From: a virus
Reading direction: 5' to 3' (one strand)
Length of the DNA: 64,000 nucleotides
IMG/VR virus record: IMGVR_UViG_3300045988_079296
Location: 32,001-96,000 of that record
The notes beneath the pieces were generated by a model that ran no database searches, was not told the origin of the DNA, and saw nothing but the letters and a program-made list of their open reading frames with translations. Position 1 is the stretch's first letter; each line of letters begins with the position of its first letter. This document shows positions 53,150 through 61,587 of the stretch, one piece after another. The position numbers and the translations under genes were made by a program.

Positions 53150-56100
53150 ATTATATAAATTTTTGTTCTTTCGTCTGAATAAAGAACCTTTTGATTTTTG
53201 AACTTATCCTTCTTGACCCGTCCGCAAATTGCCACTACTCGGTTTTTATACTCCGATATATTTTCAGGAAGTCTATCCACCGCATCTGGCCAAAGTGTAA
53301 CAGGTATGATGGTATTATTACAGTCTATATTAACGCTGACCATCGTTCCGTTCTTAATTTGACGCTCTTGGTAGTAGATTAACTTGCCTGCTATTGTGGC
53401 TTCTCTGCCCTCCTTAGTGTTCGCAAATTCAAAGTCATTAACGTATAACTTTGCCACTCTCTTATTTGGAATAGCATCCCTAATCATTGTTTCATAATCT
53501 ACCTCTCCAAACCCAGTAAGACGTTTCTGTTCAAATACCCAAAATGAGTTTTTGTTAGCTTCTTCGGTCTGATACTCCTTAGCAATATCCGCTTTCTTAT
53601 ACTCGGCAAACCATTGCAACAACTTTTTCCTATCTCTTGGGTTTTTCAAGTTTTCTACAATGTCGAAAGCTCCAGCAACAATCAGACGTTCTATGACTTT
53701 CTTGTTTACTTTGGACGGAACTCTTTCCACGAACTCTTCAAGAGAAAAGAACTTGCCCCCCTTCTCCCGTTCTTCGATAATATACGGCACAACTTTCTCT
53801 CCAACGTCCTTAATCTTTGTTAAGCTAAAGAAGATGCGTTGTTCCTTCGGGTCACAAGTAAAGGTTTGAGCTGAGAAGTTCACATCAGGCGGTCTTATCT
53901 CAATTTCCGCTCCCGTCTTTTTAAGCTCTGCAAGTCGGTATGGCACTTCACCTTCTTTAGAGAATTGCAGAGCTGTTGTCCAAAATTCCAACGGGTAGTT
54001 TACTTTCATATATTGACTCCAATACGACATTATGGAATATGCCGCAGCATGAGACTTATTAAAACCATAACCAGAGAAGGCAAGAAGTTTAGCCCAAACT
54101 TTCTCGGCATACTCGTCTGGCTTCTCAATCTTGTTTTTCCTTAATAGCTCGCTGTAACCTTTCTTGAATTTCTCTCCGTAGGATGATAGTGTTTTAACAT
54201 CCTTCTTTTTTATGGTAGTTCGGAGAATATCTGATTCAACCTCCGTCAATCCTCCTACCACAACGCCCTTCATGATTTGCTCTTGATAGACGTATAATCC
54301 AAAAGTTTCTGCCGTTATCTCTTCCATACCGAAGTCGTATGTTGGTTTCTTCTTTCCGTTCTTAATATCGGCAAAATCAGAGTGAGCGTTGAGCTCCATT
54401 GGGCCAGGTCGGAATAGAGCGGTCATGGCTATGAGTTGAGCCAACGTATCGGGTTTCACTTGTCTTGAGTAGTTCATAAGTCCTTGCGTACCGAACTGAA
54501 AGACATCTTCATTCCAACCTCTCTTAAAGTATTTGAATGTTTCCTCGTCATCAAGCGGAATAGCGTTCCAATCAATCTTCTTTCCGTAATTCTTTTGGAT
54601 TAATACTTCCATGTTCTTGAACTTATCTAATTGGTTTAATCCCAATATATCCTCTTTCAAGAAGCCAGACTTGTCTATGTATTTACCTTCCCACTCCGAC
54701 ACTAAGACACCGTCAATCATCTTAACGGGCATCCATTCCCATATATCAATCGGTCTATTCGTACCGTCCACAGTATGTTTCGGAACTATGATTGCGGCTG
54801 AAGGGTGAACGGATGCCGCCTTGCATTGCAACATGCCATACTTCGTTAGATGTACAATATCGGGGTTTTCTTGAACGAACTTAAACAACGCTTTCGATTT
54901 ACTGGCATACTCAAGCAAGTCGCCCCAAGTGTATTCAATTTGGTCGTCAATATCCTTCGTTAGTTTATTCATGGTATCAAATGGAATACCCTTGACTTTC
55001 CCGAAGTCCTTCAAACAAGTCTTCAATTTCATTCGGGTGTACGTTCCGATACTGCATGTATAATCATAACCATATTTTTCCTTGATATAATTCTTAACCG
55101 CATCACGGTGTTCGGTTGGAAAGTCAACGTCAATATCGGGCATACTATCCGCTGATTTGGCTCGCTCTCCCGATACACGTGTCTCATTCAAGAAACGTTC
55201 AAACATTAATCCGTACTTCAACGGGTCAACATCCGTAATATGTAAGCAATAAGCTACAAGACTACCGCAAACCGAACCACGCCCAGTACCAACCATTATA
55301 CCTCGTTTCTTACACCAATTGATTATATCCCAAAGTATCATAAAGTAGTCCACAAGGTCGTTGGGAACAATTACGTTACATTCGATTTCCAAACGTTTCA
55401 TGTATATCGCCAATTCTTTCTTGGGAAGATGCCCCAACCTTTCGTTTGCCCCCTTCTCTACCATATCAAAGAATAACCCAACGGCATCATCTACCTCAAA
55501 CGCAGGTAGTTTCTTTTCTCCGCTCGGTATCTTGAAGTCAACCTTATCAACTAACAAGGTTGCATTCTCAATGCCTTCTACGATAGTTTGGAATAACGGC
55601 TCAACCTCTTCCAACCAATCGGAATATTCCTCAAAGGTTTCTCCACAAGTCTTGAAGTATTGGTTTATAGCTTCGGGTGCGGCTTTTCCTAACACTTTGT
55701 TGATAACGCCTTTCAACTCGTGCATTTCTCGGTCAAGATAATAGGAGTCATTTATCAATATCGGCTTCAATAGCTTCTTATAGTTACAAATATATGTATC
55801 TATGTTTTCCAAGTGCTTCTTGAAGAGATTATCAGAGACGAACTCAACGGTGTCCACCTGATAATAAACTCTTGTAAAATGCTTCTTATACTTTGCTATG
55901 AGCTTGATAGTTTCCTTCTTATCGTCTTTAATGTAGTTGAACTCTGACTCCTTCGGGATAACGCAAACCAAACCTTTCCCAAGTTCCAACAATTCGCTCT
56001 CTGGGATGAAACCATTATACGTTACATTAACAGCCTTATTTATCAACAAAAGGTTTTTCCAACCTTCGTAATTCAGTATGTAAAACTTTAATTCAAACGT

Positions 56101-56682
56101 TTCTTGGTTTTGTTTATCTTTTGAATAGTCCTTCGCTACCGTTATTGTTTCACCGATAACGGACTTCACGCCATACTTATCGCAGAAGGTCTGAAAGGAT
56201 AACGCTCCAGCCAACGTATTTCGGTCACATATCCCCAACGCCTTAACTCCAACAAACTTTGCTTTCTTTGCCCATGTATCGCAACCTCCCGAACCATTCA
56301 ATATTTCATATTCGGTATGTACACCAAGATGTGCAAAGTCCATTATGTACTCTTCGCTAATTTTACCAAGATACTTGAAGTCCAAGAATTGTGGCTTGAA
56401 GATAATTTCGTTGTATCGGTTTTTATCCTTCTTTATTCCCGAATAATAGAACTTGCTTCCAAATTCAAAGAGGATGTATTTGACTTTCCCCTCGTCCAGC
56501 ATATCAAATTCTTCATCTGAAAGGATAAACCCAAAGTCCTCGTCAATTATTTTACCATCAAAAGGATGAAGATACAAAAAGTCTCCAACCTCTTCGATAG
56601 AGATAATATCAGAGCCGTCCAACGTTGACTCTGATATTACCATGTGATTATCTTCTATCCACTTTTGTAGATTTTCCGTCAT
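53143..56682 (-). CDS. dnaE: DNA polymerase III alpha subunit (DnaE family, PHP domain)
   Basis: 1179 aa. The PHP N-terminus is HLGVHTEYEILNGSG and the palm/fingers region includes GRGSVCGSLVAYCLHITDVDP, PDIDVDF and FNKSHAAAYS. There is an N-terminal extension of about 110 aa. Confidence 0.95.
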   Translation of the reverse strand: MTENLQKWIEDNHMVISESTLDGSDIISIEEVGDFLYLHPFDGKIIDEDFGFILSDEEFDMLDEGKVKYILFEFGSKFYYSGIKKDKNRYNEIIFKPQFLDFKYLGKISEEYIMDFAHLGVHTEYEILNGSGGCDTWAKKAKFVGVKALGICDRNTLAGALSFQTFCDKYGVKSVIGETITVAKDYSKDKQNQETFELKFYILNYEGWKNLLLINKAVNVTYNGFIPESELLELGKGLVCVIPKESEFNYIKDDKKETIKLIAKYKKHFTRVYYQVDTVEFVSDNLFKKHLENIDTYICNYKKLLKPILINDSYYLDREMHELKGVINKVLGKAAPEAINQYFKTCGETFEEYSDWLEEVEPLFQTIVEGIENATLLVDKVDFKIPSGEKKLPAFEVDDAVGLFFDMVEKGANERLGHLPKKELAIYMKRLEIECNVIVPNDLVDYFMILWDIINWCKKRGIMVGTGRGSVCGSLVAYCLHITDVDPLKYGLMFERFLNETRVSGERAKSADSMPDIDVDFPTEHRDAVKNYIKEKYGYDYTCSIGTYTRMKLKTCLKDFGKVKGIPFDTMNKLTKDIDDQIEYTWGDLLEYASKSKALFKFVQENPDIVHLTKYGMLQCKAASVHPSAAIIVPKHTVDGTNRPIDIWEWMPVKMIDGVLVSEWEGKYIDKSGFLKEDILGLNQLDKFKNMEVLIQKNYGKKIDWNAIPLDDEETFKYFKRGWNEDVFQFGTQGLMNYSRQVKPDTLAQLIAMTALFRPGPMELNAHSDFADIKNGKKKPTYDFGMEEITAETFGLYVYQEQIMKGVVVGGLTEVESDILRTTIKKKDVKTLSSYGEKFKKGYSELLRKNKIEKPDEYAEKVWAKLLAFSGYGFNKSHAAAYSIMSYWSQYMKVNYPLEFWTTALQFSKEGEVPYRLAELKKTGAEIEIRPPDVNFSAQTFTCDPKEQRIFFSLTKIKDVGEKVVPYIIEEREKGGKFFSLEEFVERVPSKVNKKVIERLIVAGAFDIVENLKNPRDRKKLLQWFAEYKKADIAKEYQTEEANKNSFWVFEQKRLTGFGEVDYETMIRDAIPNKRVAKLYVNDFEFANTKEGREATIAGKLIYYQERQIKNGTMVSVNIDCNNTIIPVTLWPDAVDRLPENISEYKNRVVAICGRVKKDKFKNQKVLYSDERTKIYIIS

Positions 56683-57878
56683 AGCTTACCAAGATATTTA
56701 TGCTTCATTGGTTTACTTAACCTTGCTGCAAAGAAGTTCTTTGCTAATATCGACATATCCCAACCGTCCGCACCTTCGGCTTCCAACAACTCAATCTCGG
56801 CAATAGCGGTCTTTCTTATCGCATCCTTTTCAAGAGCCGTTTTTGCAAGCGTCATTTTCTGCTTGTAGAGCACGTATATCTTCAAGAGCTGATAAACGTT
56901 ATAAAAGTAAGTTGAAAACTCTTGTAGCTGCTTAATTTCATCTTGTACGTCAGTCTCTCCGTTCTTTACCCTCATAAGGTTTTCGATAACGATATTCAAG
57001 TGAGCATCTACCTCTCTGAGACGGTTGACCGCTACTTCGTGAGAGAACGCAAAGTCCATCGGTCTTGCTTCGGCTTCGGTTGCCTCATAGAGCGAATGAC
57101 CCATGCCTTGTTGTTGGTATATCTCGTCCATCTTTTGAGCCGTACCATTCCAATCATAAATATGTAAGCTCTGGGAGTTGTGAGTTTGCGTTCCTAACTC
57201 AATACCTAAACAACGGCACATTATCTCGGTAAGGAAGGAGAATTGGAATATGTTCGTAGGCAATCCCCAATGAAGGTCGTTACTTCGGTTTGCGATAGTA
57301 GTTATCAATTTGCCCTTCCGAACTTTCAACTTTATGAGGTCATTGCACGGTATATCCTTACTTTTTGCCCCAAGGTCAAAACTTGGATTCCAAATCGCCA
57401 TTACAACTTGTCTGGTATTCATATTCTCGGATAACAAACGAACCGCATCTGCTACTTGGTCATATCCTTGAGCTGCCGTTACTCCGTTCTCATATTTATC
57501 CTCCGTCCGAATACCCCAGTGGCGAAGTCTGAACCCGTAAGGAGCGTGGAATGTTTTGCCATCATCAGAAAAGTCTTTCATTCGTGCGTTGAAGATTTCC
57601 AAAAATTCCAAATCTTTTCTTCCTACGGCTATCCACATAGCTTCGGCAAGAAGGAAGAAGATGTTTATATCTCTTCCATAACCGCCAACACACCTCGCAA
57701 TGGGATTGGTGATAATAGTTTTGATGTCTAATAATTCTTTAGCATCCCCAGCACGGCTCTCTTCGCTTTCTTGGTTGTTCAAGATGTAGTTATTAATCAC
57801 TGGATAGAGTGCTCCAAATTCCTCCACTTTTGCTACTCCGTAGTCAGGCAGGAAACAATTTGTCTTTGGTAGTCCCAT
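56679..57878 (-). CDS. thymidylate synthase superfamily enzyme (ThyA / pyrimidine hydroxymethylase-like, divergent)
   Basis: 399 aa. DIPCNDLIKLKVRKGKLITTIANRSNDLHWGLPTNIFQFSFL aligns to ThyA [40 protein letters not shown]. The folate/W80-region is divergent. A helical C-terminal extension of about 100 aa is present. It has an ATGA overlap with dnaE. Confidence 0.8.
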   Translation of the reverse strand: MGLPKTNCFLPDYGVAKVEEFGALYPVINNYILNNQESEESRAGDAKELLDIKTIITNPIARCVGGYGRDINIFFLLAEAMWIAVGRKDLEFLEIFNARMKDFSDDGKTFHAPYGFRLRHWGIRTEDKYENGVTAAQGYDQVADAVRLLSENMNTRQVVMAIWNPSFDLGAKSKDIPCNDLIKLKVRKGKLITTIANRSNDLHWGLPTNIFQFSFLTEIMCRCLGIELGTQTHNSQSLHIYDWNGTAQKMDEIYQQQGMGHSLYEATEAEARPMDFAFSHEVAVNRLREVDAHLNIVIENLMRVKNGETDVQDEIKQLQEFSTYFYNVYQLLKIYVLYKQKMTLAKTALEKDAIRKTAIAEIELLEAEGADGWDMSILAKNFFAARLSKPMKHKYLGKL

Positions 57879-57949
57879 GTCAACACTTAATTTTATTGTT
57901 ATTAATTCAATTTATCTCTCTTCGTTATCTCTATAACTTTGTAACGGTG

Positions 57950-57984
57950 GAGAAAAGAAAAAGGAGATACTTTTCAGCACCTCC
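57950..57984 (-). terminator. rho-independent terminator
   Basis: Stem ggagat (57963-57968) / acctcc (57979-57984) with one G-U pair. On the minus strand it is followed by tttttctttt. Confidence 0.5.
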
Positions 57985-58010
57985 CTTTTCAACGGGTTTT
58001 TTGAGACAGC

Positions 58011-59327
58011 TTATTTCTTTTTAACTGTTTTCTTTGCGGCAGGTTTTGCGGCTTTGGCAGATTTCTTCGGAGCAGGTTTTTCATCCTCGTCCTCCTCTTC
58101 TTCCTCTTCAGGCTCTTCTACTTTCTTGCCTTTCTTAGCAGGTTTCGCCTTTGCTTTCGGCTTTTCCTCTTCGTCCTCATCTTCTTCCTCTTCTTCGGCT
58201 TCCTCCTGCTTAGCAGACTTCTTTCCAGCTTTGTTGTCTTTCTTCAAGCCTTCTTCCATTTTCTTGCGGTTGTCGCCCAATTTCTTGTCGATACCTCCAA
58301 CCAACTTGTCCATGTCTTCCTTAACGGCTTTGATGATTTCAATTGCTTCGCTGGTTTCGATAGCCTTGATGACTGGAGCACCGTTCCAACATTTTTCAAA
58401 TTCCACTTCGGCTTTTTCAAGAACTTCGTACTTGTTGTTCAAGATGAGAAGGAACAGATTGCAGGTCATTACCTGATTTTTGCCTTCGCCCTTCAACGTA
58501 CAATTCTCAAGACTGATAACCGAACGGTTGGAATTTTTACCTTTATGTTTGATAGTCAAACCAGCGGCAATCCATGCGTAGATATAATCCTTTTCGGGGA
58601 ACAACTTCTTCAAGAAGTCAAAATGTTCTCTGTCCTCTTCGTTGTTCTTCGGGTCAAGTTTTGTACCTCTCTTGGAAGGAGCTTTGGCAGCTTTCTTCTC
58701 TTCCTTCTTCGGCTCAGCTTTCTTTCCAGACTTCGGAGCTTCTTTGGTTTCGGTTTTACCCTTGGCGGCAGCGGCTTTCTTCGGAGCAGGTTTTTCTTCC
58801 TCTTCTTCGGCTTCTTCCTCATCGCCCATAGCTTCACGAATTTTCTCACGGATGTCGTCATCTGACCAAGACTTCTTCACGGAGATTTCCAGCTCATTTT
58901 CCTTGATAAAGGTTTTCAGCTCGCTTCTGTCCATTGAATCAAGCTCATCGCCTTCTTCCTCGTTTTCCTCTTCATCGTCCTCATCTTCTTCCTCTTCTTC
59001 GGGTTCAGGCTCAGGCTCAGGTTGCTTTTTGGAAGCAGCTTTCTTACCAGTAGCCTTCTTGGCAGGTTTTTCTTCTTCCTCTTCAACCTCTTCAGCTAAA
59101 GCGTCATTTTCTTCTTCCTCGCTACCTTCGTTGTCGTCATCGTCACCTGCTTCGACAAATGATTCAGCAATTTCTACCAGAGTAGTGATGTCCTCATCGT
59201 CCATCTGTTCAATACCATTCTCTTCCAGAATTTCCAGCAATTTTGGTCTTGCTGCTTCGTCTGTTGTTGCGTTAATGCCTAATGCCTTAACTCTCTTTGC
59301 CACATTGGCGGTCAATTTTGTTGCCAT
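58011..59327 (-). CDS. polyampholyte (Glu/Lys/Ala-rich) protein with HeH/SAP-like module and a small globular core
   Basis: 438 aa. It has DSMDRSELKTFIKENELEISVKKSWSDDDIREKIREAM, a central core HFDFLKKLFPEKDYIYAWIAAGL..., and KAKPAKKGKK tails. Confidence 0.6.
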   Translation of the reverse strand: MATKLTANVAKRVKALGINATTDEAARPKLLEILEENGIEQMDDEDITTLVEIAESFVEAGDDDDNEGSEEEENDALAEEVEEEEEKPAKKATGKKAASKKQPEPEPEPEEEEEDEDDEEENEEEGDELDSMDRSELKTFIKENELEISVKKSWSDDDIREKIREAMGDEEEAEEEEEKPAPKKAAAAKGKTETKEAPKSGKKAEPKKEEKKAAKAPSKRGTKLDPKNNEEDREHFDFLKKLFPEKDYIYAWIAAGLTIKHKGKNSNRSVISLENCTLKGEGKNQVMTCNLFLLILNNKYEVLEKAEVEFEKCWNGAPVIKAIETSEAIEIIKAVKEDMDKLVGGIDKKLGDNRKKMEEGLKKDNKAGKKSAKQEEAEEEEEDEDEEEKPKAKAKPAKKGKKVEEPEEEEEEDEDEKPAPKKSAKAAKPAAKKTVKKK

Positions 59328-59369
59328 CTTTTTTACGATTTTAATTGTTTATAACTAATATTTGTCTAA

Positions 59370-60020
59370 TTATTCCTCATCAAGACTGTACGTTGCGAAC
59401 GTTCTCCGTAGCTGTTGCAATTCGTTTCCGTATTTCTTGATTAAGAAGTTACATTGCATTTCTATTATATCTGCTACTCCAAACGGCTCGTCACCACTGT
59501 CCAAGATTTCTTTTCTTTGCGCCTTCTCTTTGGCGTTGTTAAAGTAAACTTTGGTAAGAATTTTATTGCTATGTCCACGGAGATAAAGACTGAATATTGC
59601 TCGTTCTTTTCCCGTTAAACCTTCCAATAAGTCAATCCCGTTAATAACGAACTTGTTAAGCTCTGGAACTACCTCGTTATCATCTTCCACGCCAAAGTCG
59701 TAATTAATCTCATCAATCCGTACTTTGTAATTCTCTCTTGAAATGTACTTCATGAAGTCTCGCATCTTATTAGCGCATGCTGCTTCTAAGTAATATTTCA
59801 AAGGAACTGGCTTGGCATAACCTTCTTTCCGATATTTCAACCAACGCTTACCGTAGCTCTTTATTGACGTGAATATCTTTATTCGGAACTCTTGTACCAA
59901 ATCATCGAACTCGTAAGAAAGTTGTTCGTATGAATAGATACGGCTTGCGTAACGTTTGGCAAGATATTCATATCTATGGTACAAAATTTCAGAAATTTTT
60001 TGTTTATTATCCATCGCCAT
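59370..60020 (-). CDS. sigma-70 family-like factor (divergent), early gene
   Basis: 216 aa. The region-2-like segment is FDDLVQEFRIKIFTSIKSY...YYLEAACANKMRDFMKYISR. The region-4-like segment is LTGKERAIFSLYLRGHSNK. It is the first gene after promoter P5. Confidence 0.45.
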   Translation of the reverse strand: MAMDNKQKISEILYHRYEYLAKRYASRIYSYEQLSYEFDDLVQEFRIKIFTSIKSYGKRWLKYRKEGYAKPVPLKYYLEAACANKMRDFMKYISRENYKVRIDEINYDFGVEDDNEVVPELNKFVINGIDLLEGLTGKERAIFSLYLRGHSNKILTKVYFNNAKEKAQRKEILDSGDEPFGVADIIEMQCNFLIKKYGNELQQLRRTFATYSLDEE

Positions 60021-60023
60021 TTA

Positions 60024-60039
60024 CAATTTGATTTACGAT
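60024..60039 (-). promoter_or_regulatory. conserved leader motif copy 6 (caatttgatttacgat)
   Basis: 3 nt upstream of ATG 60020 and 8 nt downstream of the P5 -7 box. Confidence 0.7.
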
Positions 60040-60047
60040 TTATAGTA

Positions 60048-60078
60048 CAAAGGTAAGGACTATTTTCCAAACGGCAAA
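60048..60078 (-). promoter_or_regulatory. Bacteroidota sigma-A-type promoter P5
   Basis: The minus strand reads TTTG(60078-60075), 19 nt, TACCTTTG(60055-60048). It is identical to P3 over 34 nt (tacaaaggtaaggactattttccaaacggcaaaa). Confidence 0.8.
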
Positions 60079-60175
60079 ATATTTTTATAAAAAAGTTGAT
60101 TTTACCCAAAGATTTAACTTTTGTTAAGTTTTCCTCAGGTAAAACCAACTCTAAATTGGGTTTTCGTGGCGTTCC

Positions 60176-60616
60176 TTACAATATCCTGCAAACCTCGTCT
60201 TGGGTTGCTTCTTCGTACCTTTCATGCTTAATATTATATAACGTCAATTTGCCATCCTCCGATACTTGGTCAAGCAACCAAATCTCTCCTTTAAAAGAGA
60301 ACTCATTGCCGACTGCGTAATAATTCAAGCGGTCATTCTCGTCCAATTCAAATCTCGGCTTCCCTATTATGGTGAACAATTCGTCTTGGACTTGCTTTAA
60401 TGTAACGTTGTCATTAAAGATACTATTCAAACGGTTTCTTTTTGCTATACTTTCAATCTTTTCCTTTTTATAACCCATTACCCTTTTATAATAGGCTTTG
60501 TCCTTCGGGTTGAAGTATATCTTCCTCCGAAAGTCAGCAAGCAAATACTCCTTCTGCAACTGCAAGAAGTATTCAGCAACCGATAAATTTCTTGTCTTAT
60601 TCCTCTCCATTGTCAT
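60176..60616 (-). CDS. hypothetical protein
   Basis: 146 aa with an ATG start and an ATGA overlap with the primase gene. Confidence 0.5.
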   Translation of the reverse strand: MTMERNKTRNLSVAEYFLQLQKEYLLADFRRKIYFNPKDKAYYKRVMGYKKEKIESIAKRNRLNSIFNDNVTLKQVQDELFTIIGKPRFELDENDRLNYYAVGNEFSFKGEIWLLDQVSEDGKLTLYNIKHERYEEATQDEVCRIL

Positions 60617-61587
60617 TTCAATTTTCCTATCACATCCAAATTAAACTCTCTCGGCTGTTTAAGGTTATTGAAAACCTCCAAAGCCTCATCCGTTGTACAT
60701 TCGTCAATATCTTTTTTCATTGTATAAGTAATACTTGTATTGAAATATTCCTCCAACTCCAAACCATATTTTTTAATATCTTTGAGAGCGTCAAAGTCAT
60801 ATAACAAAACAACATTCTCTACACCCCTCATGATAAGTTTCCTGCGTTGTTCCTCGCTTATCTTCTTACCGAACGTACAAACGCATTTTATTTCGTCAAT
60901 ATCCCAAAGCTGGAGAACCTTGTCAACCGCTATCTTGTCAAATATACCTTCTACCAATATAACGGTTTCCGTCTTATCTTTTATTATTTCGTCATACCCA
61001 AATAACAATTGACCGAACTCCGTATTGGAACTATTATTATATCGGAGCTTATCTGATGGAACTCGTTTTGCTCCGTAACGTCCCAAGAACCCTCTCACCT
61101 CTCCATTATCGTATATTGGGATGATAACATAATTCTTGTATTTACGGTACAAATCAGTAGCTCCGATATTATAACGCTTGCAATCTTCGGGTGTAATGCC
61201 TCTATCCAATAAATACGGTGTGCTTTTAGCACTTATCTTCCACCCCACAGGTAACTTCTTCACGGGAAGAAGTTCCAATGCTTCTTCGTGCTCTTCCATT
61301 TCCTCTTCAAGTAACAACTTAATGCTCTTGATTTGCTCTCTATCTTCTACCGTAGCACCGCCAAGAAGGTAGGTTTTATTTAATTGTTTGAGAAGTTTGT
61401 AGATACTCCCGTACTCACCGCACTTCTTACAATCCCAAAGTTGAGTTTCCTTAGATATATAGAAGTGTTGAGCCTTACCGCAGAAAGGACAATCGCAAAT
61501 GTATTGCCCCCTTCGGTTTAAGGTTGGATTGATAAGAAGGTCTTTCAAATCCGCATCATCAATCTTCCTCGTTCTCTTCTTTTTCAT
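60613..61587 (-). CDS. dnaG: DnaG-like primase (zinc finger + TOPRIM)
   Basis: 324 aa. The zinc finger is CDCPFCGKAQHFY...CKKCGEYG. TOPRIM is ILVEGIFDKIAV and VLLYDFD. Confidence 0.8.
   Translation of the reverse strand: MKKKRTRKIDDADLKDLLINPTLNRRGQYICDCPFCGKAQHFYISKETQLWDCKKCGEYGSIYKLLKQLNKTYLLGGATVEDREQIKSIKLLLEEEMEEHEEALELLPVKKLPVGWKISAKSTPYLLDRGITPEDCKRYNIGATDLYRKYKNYVIIPIYDNGEVRGFLGRYGAKRVPSDKLRYNNSSNTEFGQLLFGYDEIIKDKTETVILVEGIFDKIAVDKVLQLWDIDEIKCVCTFGKKISEEQRRKLIMRGVENVVLLYDFDALKDIKKYGLELEEYFNTSITYTMKKDIDECTTDEALEVFNNLKQPREFNLDVIGKLK

Noticed and set aside
57934-57941. Plus-strand TAACTTTG that matches the -7 consensus in the opposite orientation
   Set aside because: There is no TTTG box 19-21 nt upstream on the plus strand and no plausible plus-strand gene downstream. 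It is likely a chance match in AT-rich sequence.
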